DNA of 64,000 nt, taken from an uncultured Gammaproteobacteria bacterium. GTDB taxonomy: Bacteria > Patescibacteriota > Patescibacteriia > Patescibacteriales > GWC2-42-12. The first letter of the stretch is position 1, and every line of letters starts with the position of its first letter. Location: assembly GCA_964560005.1 (NCBI GenBank), contig CAZLKB010000001.1, positions 13,079 to 77,078 on the forward strand. Direction: 5' to 3'. Of the stretch, positions 35,371-46,100 are shown piece after piece. The notes beneath the pieces were generated by a model. The model worked only from the letters and a program-made list of their open reading frames with translations, had not been told where the DNA came from and did no database searches. The position numbers were made by a program, and so were the translations under genes.

Positions 35371-35444
35371 AGGGCATGTAGCTCAGCTGGTTAGAGCGTG
35401 GCTCTTATAAAGCCAAGGTAGATGGTTCGAGTCCATCCATGCCC
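35371..35444 (+). tRNA. tRNA-Ile, anticodon UAU
   Basis: Hand-folded cloverleaf. Acceptor GGGCATG/CATGCCC, D arm GCTC-AGCTGGTTA-GAGC and anticodon stem TGGCT/AGCCA. The anticodon loop is C-T-TAT-A-A, the T arm is GATGG-TTCGAGT-CCATC and the discriminator is A. No CCA is encoded. Confidence 0.85.
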
Positions 35445-35464
35445 ACTTAGGTAATATAAATTTA

Positions 35465-35541
35465 GGACAATTAGCTCAGTTGGTTAGAGCGCCACATTGA
35501 CATTGTGGAGGTCACTGGTTCGAGCCCAGTATTGTCCACCA
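35465..35541 (+). tRNA. tRNA-Val, anticodon GAC
   Basis: Acceptor GGACAAT/ATTGTCC, anticodon stem CCACA/TGTGG with loop T-T-GAC-A-T, T arm ACTGG-TTCGAGC-CCAGT, and an encoded CCA. Confidence 0.9.
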
Positions 35542-35555
35542 ACTTACTTAAACAT

Positions 35556-35642
35556 CACATTGACATTGTGGAGGTCAACTCCGTTTTCTTTTTCTGCGCA
35601 AAGGTCAGCACCGAGGATCTTCGAGCCCAGTATTGTCCACCA
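35556..35642 (+). pseudogene. decayed partial copy of the 3' two-thirds of tRNA-Val
   Basis: CACATTGACATTGTGGAGGTCA (22 nt) and TTCGAGCCCAGTATTGTCCACCA (23 nt) are identical to the intact tRNA 15 nt upstream. They are separated by an unrelated 42-nt block (35578..35619). The acceptor 5' strand and D arm are missing. Confidence 0.8.
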
Positions 35643-35746
35643 AGTCTTATAAGCACTTCAACTTACATTTTTTATTCCTCTTGTAAATCAAAATAATAAA
35701 TAGTATAATATTACCATAATATTCAGCCCTAAAACTTATCAATCAT

Positions 35747-36217
35747 ATGGTTAATATTTTCAAAAAATTAGCCGGTTTAAAAGGTAAAACCGATCAGATA
35801 GAAATAAAAAGCGAAGCTGAACCGCAAAAAGCCGATAATCCCATAGAGCAGCCGGAAGAGCAGGAATGGCTGGGCGGCGATTACGACGAAGGCCAGCTGT
35901 CTATTGATGTCTATCAAACGCCGGATAAGCTGGTGGTAAAATCCACTATCGCCGGCGTCAAACCAGATGAGGTTGATATTTCCATAAATAACGACATGCT
36001 GACGATCCGCGGCAAGCGCGAAATCACCGAAAAAATTTCCGATGAAAATTACTTAATTAAAGAATGCTACTGGGGCGGTTTCTCCCGCTCGGTCATACTG
36101 CCGGTTGAAGTTGACGCCGAAAAAGTCGACGCCTCTTTGGATAACGGCATCTTAACCGTCACCTTGCCCAAGGCTAAGAGCGCTAAACAATTTTCCATTA
36201 AGGTGAAGGAGAAATAA
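35747..36217 (+). CDS. Hsp20/alpha-crystallin small heat-shock protein
   Basis: LSIDVYQTPDKLVVKSTIAGVKPDEVDISINNDMLTIRGKRE...GILTVTLPK. Confidence 0.9.
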   Translation: MVNIFKKLAGLKGKTDQIEIKSEAEPQKADNPIEQPEEQEWLGGDYDEGQLSIDVYQTPDKLVVKSTIAGVKPDEVDISINNDMLTIRGKREITEKISDENYLIKECYWGGFSRSVILPVEVDAEKVDASLDNGILTVTLPKAKSAKQFSIKVKEK

Positions 36218-36233
36218 CCATAATGACGCTAGT

Positions 36234-36376
36234 GGTCGTTCGGAATGTTTGTTTTGAGCGAATACGAAATTGTAGTATTTTTTCTTAAAATTATTCAATG
36301 CAAATTTTATTATTATAATTTTAAGAAAAAATACCCAAATTTCGTCTTGAGTGAAAAACAAACATTCCGAACGACC
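36234..36376. repeat. long hairpin repeat (about 60-bp arms) after hsp20
   Basis: GGTCGTTCGGAATGTTTGTTTTGAGCGAATACGAAATTGTAGTATTTTTTCTTAAAATTA opposes TAATTTTAAGAAAAAATACCCAAATTTCGTCTTGAGTGAAAAACAAACATTCCGAACGACC. It shares the ACGAAATTGTAGTA/TTTTTTCTT module with 23266..23460. Confidence 0.85.
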
Positions 36377-36396
36377 AACTGTAAATTTATAAAACT

Positions 36397-36612
36397 ATGC
36401 AAATAAAATTAACTCTTGACCGTTTTGAAGGTGATCAAGCGGTGCTAATAACCAGCGACGGGGTCGCGATCATCTGGCCTAAAAATCAACTGCCGAGCGG
36501 CATGCGCGAGGGCTCAGCCTTGAATTTTGATATCGCGACGGAAAAAGATCGGGAACAGCGAGACAAGGAAACCGCCAAAGATATCATTAATGAAATTATA
36601 AATCAACCCTAA
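36397..36612 (+). CDS. DUF3006-like small protein
   Basis: LDRFEGDQAVLITSDGVAIIWPKNQLPSGMREGSALNFDI matches the remembered DUF3006 pattern (RFEGD-x-AVL...P-x-x-x-L-P-x-x-x-x-EG). Confidence 0.65.
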   Translation: MQIKLTLDRFEGDQAVLITSDGVAIIWPKNQLPSGMREGSALNFDIATEKDREQRDKETAKDIINEIINQP

Positions 36613-36613
36613 A

Positions 36614-38530
36614 ATGTTAGACCTTCTCCCCGGCAAGATAAATAGTTCAAAACCGCGGTGGTTGCTCATACTGGCAATCATTTTTTTTATTATATTCATC
36701 CCGGCCATAGCCGGCTTAGCCGCCTTTGATAATATATATAAAAATAAAATATGCCCCAATATTTTTATCGGACCGATTAATCTGGGCGGCAAATCTCTTG
36801 AACAGGCCAGAAATCTGGTTAATCAGGCGGTTGATAAAATCAGTCAGCGCGGGATTATCTTTTCTTATAAAAATAGCCAAATCGCCATCACTCCGTTGGT
36901 CGCGTCGGCGGACGGCGGTCTGGCTTATCAAATTATCACCTTTGATGTCGATCGGGCCGTAAATTCCGCTTTCAATTATGGTAAAAACGATAACTTTTTA
37001 ATCAACTTAAAAAATAAACTGCTGGCGATCATGGTAAAGCAAAGGTTGTCTTTAACCACCCTAATCAACCGGGAAGAAATTATTAAGATACTAAGAAATA
37101 ATTTTTCCGATACTTATGAAACTGCCCGGGATGCCGAGTTGATAGTGAAGAAAATTCCATTAACCGATGATTACGAATTCTCCGTGGCTAAAGAAAAATT
37201 CGGCAAAACTATTAATTTTGAAGAAGCTATCGGCCAATTGTCAATTAATCTGGCCGACCTTAACCCGGCCGAAATCAAGCTTTTTACCATAACTCAATAC
37301 CCGAAAATTTTGGCCAAAAATTCTTTAAATACGGAAAGCAAAGCCAGAAAACTTTTAAATTCAGCCCCCCTGGCTTTAAAATACGGCGATCAGACATGGA
37401 TTTTATCAAAAGATCTATTATCTCAAATGCTGGCTCTAAAAGTAACCGACTCGGACATTAACCAGGTGGGTGTCGGTCTAGATGATGTTAAATTCAGAGC
37501 CTACTTAACCGAAGAAATCGCCTCAAAAATAGACATCCAGCCGATAGAAGCTAAATTCATAATTGACAGCGGCAAGGTAACTGAATTCCAGAATGGCCAG
37601 GACGGGCTGGCGCTGGATATTGAATCAAGCTTTGTAAAAATAGAAAACCGGATGACTGAAAACAGCCTGTCTACCGATCAGGCTGGTCTAATTGACTTAG
37701 AGGTTAGGCTAAAACCGGTGTTAGCTAAAGCCGGTAATATCAACAGCCTTGGCATTAAAGAAATTATCGGCATCGGTACATCCACTTTCGCCGGTTCACC
37801 CGCTAATCGGCGCCATAATATAAAAGTCGGCAGTGATAAAATCAATGGCTTGCTTATAAAACCCGGGGAGGAATTTTCCTTGCTTAAAGCTTTAGGCGAG
37901 GTCACCGGCGCTACCGGCTATTTGCCCGAACTGGTCATTAAGGAAAATAAAACCACACCTGAATTCGGCGGCGGCCTCTGCCAAGTCGGCACCACTATGT
38001 TTAGAACGGTTGTCGCCAGCGGCCTGCCGGTAACTTTAAGGCGAAACCACTCCTACCGAGTTTCGTATTATGAACCGGCCGGCACCGATGCCACGATTTA
38101 CGATCCTTGGCCGGACTTTCGCTTTATCAACGATATGCCGTCTTATATTTTAATCCAAGCGAAAGTCGCCACCAATACGCTATCGTATGAATTCTGGGGC
38201 ACGCTGGACCAACGCCTAATAGAAAAAACCAAACCGACAATTTATAATATTGTAAAACCGCAACCCACGAAAATTATAGAAACTTTGGACTTAAAGCCGG
38301 GAGTAAAAAAATGCACCGAAACCGCCCACAACGGCGCCGACGCTTATTTTGATTACAAAGTAACTTATCCGGATGGAGCGGTGAAAGAAAAAAGGTTTGC
38401 CTCCCACTATGTCCCCTGGCAGGAAGTTTGCCTCCTGGGCGTGGAAAAACTATCCGCCCCGCCGGCTGGCGAGGCAGGCACGGCTTCATCCACTCCGGCT
38501 ACAATCGAAACCAAACCTCTGACAAATTAA
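36614..38530 (+). CDS. VanW-family protein with N-terminal membrane anchor
   Basis: GGGLCQVGTTMFRTVVASGLPVTLRRNHSYRVSYYEPAGTDATIYDPWPDFRFIND is the VanW core, with TM anchor WLLILAIIFFIIFIPAIAGLAAF. Confidence 0.85.
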   Translation: MLDLLPGKINSSKPRWLLILAIIFFIIFIPAIAGLAAFDNIYKNKICPNIFIGPINLGGKSLEQARNLVNQAVDKISQRGIIFSYKNSQIAITPLVASADGGLAYQIITFDVDRAVNSAFNYGKNDNFLINLKNKLLAIMVKQRLSLTTLINREEIIKILRNNFSDTYETARDAELIVKKIPLTDDYEFSVAKEKFGKTINFEEAIGQLSINLADLNPAEIKLFTITQYPKILAKNSLNTESKARKLLNSAPLALKYGDQTWILSKDLLSQMLALKVTDSDINQVGVGLDDVKFRAYLTEEIASKIDIQPIEAKFIIDSGKVTEFQNGQDGLALDIESSFVKIENRMTENSLSTDQAGLIDLEVRLKPVLAKAGNINSLGIKEIIGIGTSTFAGSPANRRHNIKVGSDKINGLLIKPGEEFSLLKALGEVTGATGYLPELVIKENKTTPEFGGGLCQVGTTMFRTVVASGLPVTLRRNHSYRVSYYEPAGTDATIYDPWPDFRFINDMPSYILIQAKVATNTLSYEFWGTLDQRLIEKTKPTIYNIVKPQPTKIIETLDLKPGVKKCTETAHNGADAYFDYKVTYPDGAVKEKRFASHYVPWQEVCLLGVEKLSAPPAGEAGTASSTPATIETKPLTN

Positions 38531-38570
38531 AAACCGCCCCTCATTACAGTGTAGTGGGGGGCGGTTTCTT
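38531..38570 (+). terminator. rho-independent terminator after the VanW gene
   Basis: AAACCGCCCC-TCATTACAGTGTAGT-GGGGGGCGGTTTCTT. Confidence 0.7.
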
Positions 38571-38735
38571 ATCAGCCTATATAATAATTTTAATAAAAAG
38601 ACCAACTGGAGCGGGCAGGCAAGAAAATTTCTGCTAGGCTAAACCCAGTTAAAACCGTGTTACGCCTGACAAGAAAATCCCCATGCTTGTCGTGCCTGGC
38701 CCGCTTAAATTGGCCTTTAATTATCTATTTTTAAG

Positions 38736-38766
38736 TTGACTTTAAAGTTTAGCATAACTATATAAT
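38736..38766 (+). promoter_or_regulatory. candidate promoter of uvrB
   Basis: TTGACT (38736-38741), a 17-nt spacer, then TATATA. Alternatively TATAAT after a 19-nt spacer. Confidence 0.45.
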
Positions 38767-38884
38767 CTTGTCAAGTAGCGTCGAATATAAGAAGATTCAA
38801 GCCCTTGATAAAGGCGGCTAGGTGGATTATTATTAGTACTAACCTAGCCAATCTATAACTACTCCGTTATTATACAGATCTATT

Positions 38885-40735
38885 ATGAAATTTAAATTAA
38901 TCTCAAAATTCAAGCCCACCGGCGATCAGCCGCAAGCTATCGCTAAGCTGGTAGAGGGCGTAGCCAAGGGCTACCGAGACCAAACCCTCCTGGGCGTTAC
39001 CGGATCGGGCAAGACCTTTACTATGGCCGCGATTATTGAAAAAATTCAAAAACCAACTCTGGTAATCTCCCATAATAAAACTTTAGCCGCCCAACTCTAC
39101 GGCGAATTCAGGCAATTTTTCCCGGAGAATGCCGTACATTATTTTGTCTCTTATTACGACTACTACCAGCCTGAAGCCTATATTCCGCACACTGATACCT
39201 ATATAGAAAAAGAGGCTACCATCAACGAAGAAATCGACCGACTGCGCCACGCCGCCACCCAATCTTTATTAAACCGCAGGGATGTTTTAATCGTAGCCAG
39301 CGTTTCCTGCATCTACGGCCTGGGTGAACGCGCCGAATATGAAGCCATGGGCCGGCATTTCCATGTCGGCCAAAAAATTAAGCGCAATCAGCTCTTACGC
39401 GACTTGGTAAAAATTCAATATAGCCGCGACGACCGGGAATTTAAACGCGGCAGTTTCCGAGTTAAGGGAGAAAATATTGACATTCATCTGGCCACGGGCG
39501 AGGCCGCGGTGCAAATCGTTATGTTCGGCGATGTAATTGATAAAATAAATATTTTTACGATTCGCCCCGGGCTGGATGTGCCGCTGTGGTCCGCCGAATA
39601 TCGCCGCCTGCATGGTCAGGAATTAAAAGAAATTACCATCCTGCCGGCCAAGCATTTTATGACGCCTCAAGAAAAAATGGAAGAGGCGCTAAAAAATATT
39701 CGCCAGGAATTAAAACTCAGGCTCTTGGAATTAAAAAAGCTGGGCAAGGAAATGGAAGCTTATCGGCTGGAAAAAAAGACCAACTATGATTTGGAAATGA
39801 TGGAAGAAGTGGGCTATTGCAATGGCATAGAGAATTATTCGCGGCACCTTACCGGCCGTTCGCCAGGTCAGGCGCCGGAAACTTTAATTGATTTTTTTTT
39901 CCCCTTCGCCAAGGCTTCGGGGGGCAAGCCTAAAGACTTTTTAATGTTCGCCGACGAATCCCATGTTACCATACCCCAAATCCGAGGCATGCATGCCGGC
40001 GATCAATCTCGCAAGCAAACCTTAATTGACTTCGGCTTCCGCTTACCCAGCGCCCGCGATAACCGGCCGCTAAACTTTAAAGAGTTCAACGATAAAATAA
40101 ATCAAATAATTTATGTCAGCGCCACGCCGGCCGAATATGAAATCAAAAAATCAAAACAAATTGTGGAACAATTGGTTAGGCCGACCGGACTATTGGACCC
40201 GGAAATAGAGGTTAGGCCGAATGCCGGGCAAATTCAAGATTTAATTAAAGAAATAAAGATAAGAACCGAAAAAGGACAAAGAACTCTGGTCACGACCTTA
40301 ACCAAGCGCATGGCCGAAGAATTGGCCGGCTTTCTTAAAGAACAGGGCATTAAGGTTCAATATTTACATAGCGAAGTGGAAACCTTGGAGCGGGTGGAAA
40401 TTCTGCGCGATCTACGCTTGGGAAAATATGATGTCTTGGTCGGCATAAATCTTTTGCGCGAAGGCCTGGATCTGCCCGAAGTCTCCTTGGCAGCTATTTT
40501 AGACGCGGACATGTCCGGCTTCTTGCGCACCGAAACTTCGCTTATCCAAACTATGGGCCGCGCCGCCCGGCACCTAAACGGCAAAGTTATAATGTATGGC
40601 GATAAAATTACCCCGGCCATGCGCTACGCTATTAATGAAACCAAACGCCGGCGCCGTTATCAGGAAAATTACAACAAAAAGCACGGCATCACGCCACGGC
40701 AAATTACGGCAAAATTTCATGAGAGTATATTATAA
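38885..40735 (+). CDS. uvrB: excinuclease ABC subunit B, lacking the C-terminal UVR coiled-coil domain
   Basis: [44 protein letters not shown] and QTMGRAARH motifs. The protein ends at ...[19 protein letters not shown], where E. coli UvrB continues for about 60 aa. Confidence 0.93.
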   Translation: MKFKLISKFKPTGDQPQAIAKLVEGVAKGYRDQTLLGVTGSGKTFTMAAIIEKIQKPTLVISHNKTLAAQLYGEFRQFFPENAVHYFVSYYDYYQPEAYIPHTDTYIEKEATINEEIDRLRHAATQSLLNRRDVLIVASVSCIYGLGERAEYEAMGRHFHVGQKIKRNQLLRDLVKIQYSRDDREFKRGSFRVKGENIDIHLATGEAAVQIVMFGDVIDKINIFTIRPGLDVPLWSAEYRRLHGQELKEITILPAKHFMTPQEKMEEALKNIRQELKLRLLELKKLGKEMEAYRLEKKTNYDLEMMEEVGYCNGIENYSRHLTGRSPGQAPETLIDFFFPFAKASGGKPKDFLMFADESHVTIPQIRGMHAGDQSRKQTLIDFGFRLPSARDNRPLNFKEFNDKINQIIYVSATPAEYEIKKSKQIVEQLVRPTGLLDPEIEVRPNAGQIQDLIKEIKIRTEKGQRTLVTTLTKRMAEELAGFLKEQGIKVQYLHSEVETLERVEILRDLRLGKYDVLVGINLLREGLDLPEVSLAAILDADMSGFLRTETSLIQTMGRAARHLNGKVIMYGDKITPAMRYAINETKRRRRYQENYNKKHGITPRQITAKFHESIL

Positions 40736-40905
40736 ATTACTCATATATTTGACAAACCTTCTTAAAAGGACGAAAATTAGAGTGTAGATAATCCTAAGCT
40801 CACACAACTTAGTAGCCGCCGCACCCGTCGTGCGATCGGTAATAGTGTCAGACGCGTGCACTGATTCACGCGCCAAGTTCATTGGAAAAGAAAGTGAGGC
40901 GTTAT

Positions 40906-41121
40906 ATGCCTACTATGACAAAGAAACTGACCACTGCCACTGCGTCGCTTTTTGCCTTAGCGATGCTCTTCGGTTCTCTCGGCTGTTCAGCCGTCAAATC
41001 TCATACCTATCTTCTGAGCCAGCATGTCTTGTCGGGTGCGGAAAAAAGGGGCGAAGATCCTCTGCCGCCGGAGAGGCATCCTCCACCTGGCAATATTGAA
41101 TTTGTCCGTATAAACTGGTGA
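40906..41121 (+). CDS. small putative lipoprotein (hypothetical)
   Basis: ATG at 40906 is preceded by GTGAGG. The signal peptide with lipobox reads MPTMTKKLTTATASLFALAMLFGSLG-C. The mature part is Pro/Gly-rich. It sits in a GC-rich patch and is followed by the terminator at 41242..41269. Confidence 0.4.
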   Translation: MPTMTKKLTTATASLFALAMLFGSLGCSAVKSHTYLLSQHVLSGAEKRGEDPLPPERHPPPGNIEFVRINW

Positions 41122-41241
41122 ACCCACGCCAAGGGACGCGGCCAGGCGTTTCACTTTCCAGTAACAGCCCTTATGGGGCTAGGAGCGGAACTTTACCGCG
41201 ATTTAATCGCGGTAAATAAATAGCGCCATCGCGTTCTAAAC

Positions 41242-41269
41242 AGCAGGGACTTTTGCCCTTGCTTTTTTT
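41242..41269 (+). terminator. rho-independent terminator
   Basis: AGCAGGG-ACTTTTG-CCCTTGCT followed by TTTTTTT. Confidence 0.6.
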
Positions 41270-41349
41270 ACCCGCATAAACTATGTTGCCTGAAATAGCA
41301 GGGGTCGTTCTATAATATACCTATTCAACGCCACGCCGTTAAGGCTATG

Positions 41350-41378
41350 TTGACTTAACAAAAAATTAATGATAAAAT
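41350..41378 (+). promoter_or_regulatory. sigma70-like promoter of the RND operon
   Basis: TTGACT (41350-41355), a 17-nt spacer, then TAAAAT (41373-41378). These are the same hexamers as the two pilin promoters. Confidence 0.6.
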
Positions 41379-41457
41379 GTTTTAATTTCTAACAAATATT
41401 TAATCATTTGAATAAATAAGTTTTTAAACATAATTACTTAAAAATTAGCCAATTTAT

Positions 41458-43164
41458 ATGACTATAATGAAACAGGCCTCAATTTTTTCAGTCAGCATAA
41501 CTCTGCTTTTATTAACCGCTTGCAGCGCTCCGGTGGCAAAGCCCGCGGAGCAAAAAAAAGCCGCCATAGAAGTTAGGGGTCAAACCGTGAGCCAAAGCAA
41601 GTCTGCCAATCAACAATATGAATACCCGGCCTTGGTTTTAAGCCAGCAAGAAGCTAAGGTAATAGCTAAAACATCCGGCACAGTTAAGCAGGTGAATTTT
41701 AAATTGGGCGAGAGCGTTAAGGTCGGCAGTCTCTTGGCGAGAATTGACGACATCAACCAGGGTGGTTCATATGGAGCCGGTTTAAGCGCCAACCAGATCA
41801 GGCAGGCTCAATTAGCGGTTGAGCAGGCGGAAATAAATAAGCGCAACATCGCTTTGACCTCGGCCGAAAGCCTTAAAAGCGTCCAAATTTCTTACGAGGC
41901 GGCTAAGATCGCCACCGAGCAAGCTAGGTTAAATTTAGTAAATCGGGAAACCGGCATTACTCAATCTACCGGCGATGTTGAAACCAACGCTAACGCCACG
42001 GCTGATGCTGTTGCCGATACATGTAATACTTTAATAACCGAAATAAATAATCTGACCGGCTACGACAAAAGCAATATTGACTATTTATCCACTAAATATT
42101 ATCTGGGATTGGCTGATCCTCAACTGGCTATGGATGCTAAAAACTATTATAAAAGTACGGTCGCTTTAAACCAGCAATTCTCGGTTACGGATTTTACTGA
42201 TCTTAAAACTAAAATTGAAGCAACGATTAAATTAGTGCAAACCACAAAAAAATTAATAGAATATACCAATAGCTACATCGGAGCCAGTGTCACCAGTAAT
42301 ATACTGACACAAACCGCCATAGACGGAATGCAAACCGTTGTCGGCGGTTATCTGGCGCAAATCAACGCCGCTTTAACGCAAATCAACGGCGCCAAACAGG
42401 CTCTAGAAAATAACGCGATTAATAACAATACTAATTCGGACGCTTTAACTAAAGCCTATGAGCTGGCTAAACAGCAAGAAAAAAATGCTCAACAGGCCCT
42501 ATTTTCCCAACAAGCCAATACTAAATCAATGCTGGACGCGGCCGAGGTGCAGTATCGCAACGCGCTGATAAGCCTGCAAAGCATTATTGACGTTCACCTG
42601 GTAGTCGCGCCTTTAAGCGGCAAAATTACGCAGAGTTTTATAGCTTTGGGCGACACGGTTTCGGCCGGCCAGCAACTGGCGACTATCAGCTCCGGCCAAA
42701 CTATGAAATTCCAGTTCTATGTTGACGAAACCGTTTTAAGAAAAATTAAAGCCGGCCAAACGGTAGTTATAAAAAATAATGAAAACAAGGAAATCGCCGG
42801 GGAAATCACCGGCGTGACTACCCAAGCAGACGCTTTTACCAAGAGATTCTTGGTTGAAGTAGCCCCGATAAAATTTAATTCCGCTGATTTTTCTTTAGGC
42901 ACCGTAGTGAACATTTTAATCAATGTCGAAAAAAAGTCGGATACGGGCAATATTGTTTTACCCTTATCAGCTATAGAAATCGGGCAGAACGGCAATATGG
43001 TCTTTACTATAGACAACGGCCAAGCTAAAAAAATATCGGTAGAAATTATAAAAATTACCGGGGAAACGGCGGAAATTAAAACCAACCTGCCCGATACGGC
43101 CGTAATTATTACCGACGGCAACAAGCTTGTCCAAGAAGGCGACCCGGTTGAATTGATAAAATAA
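41458..43164 (+). CDS. RND efflux periplasmic adaptor (HlyD/MFP family) lipoprotein with a long coiled-coil hairpin
   Basis: Lipobox LLLLTA-C. Biotinyl-lipoyl-like halves are present (AKTSGTVKQVNFKLGESVKVGSLLARID and VVAPLSGKITQSFIALGDTVSAGQQLATI). About 250 aa of coiled coil lies between the two halves. Confidence 0.85.
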   Translation: MTIMKQASIFSVSITLLLLTACSAPVAKPAEQKKAAIEVRGQTVSQSKSANQQYEYPALVLSQQEAKVIAKTSGTVKQVNFKLGESVKVGSLLARIDDINQGGSYGAGLSANQIRQAQLAVEQAEINKRNIALTSAESLKSVQISYEAAKIATEQARLNLVNRETGITQSTGDVETNANATADAVADTCNTLITEINNLTGYDKSNIDYLSTKYYLGLADPQLAMDAKNYYKSTVALNQQFSVTDFTDLKTKIEATIKLVQTTKKLIEYTNSYIGASVTSNILTQTAIDGMQTVVGGYLAQINAALTQINGAKQALENNAINNNTNSDALTKAYELAKQQEKNAQQALFSQQANTKSMLDAAEVQYRNALISLQSIIDVHLVVAPLSGKITQSFIALGDTVSAGQQLATISSGQTMKFQFYVDETVLRKIKAGQTVVIKNNENKEIAGEITGVTTQADAFTKRFLVEVAPIKFNSADFSLGTVVNILINVEKKSDTGNIVLPLSAIEIGQNGNMVFTIDNGQAKKISVEIIKITGETAEIKTNLPDTAVIITDGNKLVQEGDPVELIK

Positions 43165-43174
43165 TAAAATTATA

Positions 43175-46100
43175 ATGGAACAAAACTTAAACTTCACCAA
43201 ACCGGTTAATGACAAAAACAGCGAAACCGATACCGAATCTAAATCTTCGGATTATTTATATTTGGAAAAACTGACCTTCAGGCCGGAACTGAGAAAAGGT
43301 ATATTAAATTTTTTCGTCTCCAATTTCAGGGTGGTGATTTTATTGATTATTCTCTTAACCATCGGAGGAATTTATTCATATAACCAACTGCCCTTAGAAT
43401 CCCAGCCTGAAGTCAAAATCCCTTTTGCCGTGGTTATCACCACTTACCCGGGCGCTTCGCCTACCGATGTTGAAGAATTAATCACCAAGAAAATTGAAAC
43501 TAAGATCGCCGGCATCAAAGATGTTAAAACCATTACCTCCAATTCCTCCAATTCGGTTTCTTCAATCTCGGTGGAATTTGACGCCCGGGCCGATTTGGCT
43601 ACCAGTATTAGAAGCCTAAGGGATCAAGTGAACACCTTAAAAAACGATCTGCCGGCCGACGCCAACGATCCGACGGTGAATGAAATTTCCTTTGACGACA
43701 CCCCGATTTTTTCTTTTTCCCTGGCCGGACCGTATGACGGCTTCAGTTTAAGAACTTACGCGGAAACCATCCAGGATGAACTGGAAAAAATATCCGGAGT
43801 CAGGCAGGTTAATGTTTCCGGGGGCGACACGCGGGAATTCGCCATCGCCTATGACCCGCAAAAATTAACTTTTTACAATCTTTCCCCGGATCAGGCTAAT
43901 CAAATAGTAAAAGCTACGAATTTGGTTTTTCCCGGCGGCAACTTCGAGGGGCAAAAGTATTCCTATCCGATTAAAGCTGACGCCCGTTTTTATACCGCGG
44001 AAAAAATCGGCGATACGCCGCTCTACCATAACGACAATGGCGCCATTATTTACCTTAAAGATATCGCTAAAGTCAGCGAACAGGCAGTGGAAAAAACCGT
44101 ATATTCCCGATTTTCCGATAAAGGCAAGCCGGCGGAGAACGGCGTCAACATCAGCGTTATAAAAAAAACCGGCGGCAACATCGTTAACACTGCCGATGCA
44201 GCCAAAGCCGAAATCAACCGCCTATTAAAAACTTTTCCGCCAGGCCTATACTATGATATTACCGTGGATACCTCGGAACAAATTAAAAAAGATTTTACCC
44301 AATTAAGCCACGATTTCCTTCTAACGATTATTCTGGTATTTTCCATTTTATTTTTAATCGTGGGCTTAAAAGAAGCTATTGTGGCCGGACTGGCCGTACC
44401 TCTGGTTTTTTTCGCCACTTTCGGCGTCATGCTATATACCGGCATTACTTTGAATTTCTTGTCCATGTTTTCCCTGATTTTGGCTTTAGGACTATTGGTT
44501 GACGACGCCATTGTCGTGGTTAGCGCTACCAAACAATACATCAATACCGGGAAATTTACGCCTGAAGAAGCCGTACTCTTGGTTTTAAACGACTTTAAAG
44601 TGGTTCTTACCACAACTACTTTGACCACGGTCTGGGCTTTCTTGCCCTTGCTTTCCGCCAGCGGTATTATCGGCGAATTTATTAAATCAATTCCCATTAC
44701 CGTTTCCGTCACCTTAATCTCTTCTTTAATCATCGCTCTAATCATCAACCATCCTTTAGCCGCGGTGCTGGAAAGAGTCAGGCTGACTAAAAAAATATTT
44801 TTATCTTTAGTTCTACCCCTATTCGCCGCCGCTGTCGGCCTAATTTTCTTAAAAAGCTATCCGGGCTACGGCCTGGCTTTAATCATTTTTGTGATTTTAA
44901 CCTTATTGGTCAGATTTTATGTTAAGGGTGGACGTATTATCATGGAAGAAAACTACCGCCTGAAAGAAGCCGAGTGGACCGACGATGAACTCATAAAAAA
45001 GAAGTTAATCTATCAAAGCTCGCATTGCGGCGGCAGCTTTTATAACCGCCTGATCCATGGCATCGTCCGTTTTGATAAAATTTTGCCCATCTACGAAAAA
45101 TTCTTATGTAAAATATTAAGTGTTAAAAAATACCGCCTGACCACCCTGGCCATAGTCTTGGTTTTATTTATTTCGGCCATTAGCCTGCCGCTTACCGGCA
45201 TAGTCCAAAGCGAATTTTTTCCCGCTTCTGATTTTGATTATTTGTATATTAATATCACCGCTCCGGTGGGCACGAATCTTGATGAAACTGATAAGATCAC
45301 TCGAGAAATCGAAGCTAGACTATATAAATATAAGGAAATCAGCAATTTTTCAACCGTGGTCGGCACGGCCGGAACTGATTCCGGCAGCTTTTCCGCCTCG
45401 GTTGACAGCCCCTCTAATAAAGGGCAAATCACCGTTAAATTGGTTGACGCTAAGCAAAGAAATATAAAATCATACCAGTTTTCCGATACCATCAGGCAAG
45501 ATCTGGCCGATATTAAAACCGCCTCTATTACCGTAGACACTCCGAGCGGCGGTCCGCCTTCCGGCGCCGATTTCGAAGCCAGGATTTCGGGAGATGACCT
45601 GCAAGTTCTGGATAAAATCGCTCGCGATTTAAGGCCGTATTTAACTTCAATCAAGGGCGTAATCAACGACGATATTTCTTTAAAAGATTCGCCGGCCGAC
45701 TATACCTTCGTTTTAGACCCGGCTCGGCTGGAATTATATGATTTAAATGCCGCCTATGTCGGCTCCATGATCAGGCTGGCCATATCCGGGACAGAGGTAA
45801 CCACCATCTTAAGCCAGGGAAAGGAAATTAAAGTCATGGCTAGATTCGCTAAGGATAAAATTCCCAATTTGGAAGCGGTGCAAAACCTGCAAATTCTCAA
45901 CCTAAAAAAACAGCCGGTCTTCTTGCATGATGTAGCAACGGTCAAACTGGAACCTTCGGTGGAAACTATCAGCCGAATCGACCAAAAAAGAACCGTACTG
46001 CTCTCGGCCGGCGTCAACAAAGATAATCTGCCTGCGGCGGTAGTGAAGGAATTTGAAAACCAGGTATTAAAAAATTATAAATTGCCTGAAGGCTATGCCA

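Noticed and set aside
35505-35696. 63-aa ORF overlapping tRNA-Val and its partial duplicate
   Set aside because: It lies on top of a well-folding tRNA and the tRNA fragment, and has no RBS.
38590-38720. A possible ~120-nt structured ncRNA between the VanW terminator and the uvrB promoter (GAGCGGGCAGGC...GCCTGGCCCGCTT closing helix, inner GACAAG/CTTGTC hairpin)
   Set aside because: It is a single copy, so there is no covariation to examine. I see no resemblance to the SRP, 6S, tmRNA or RNase P cores, and a helix of this size can arise by chance.
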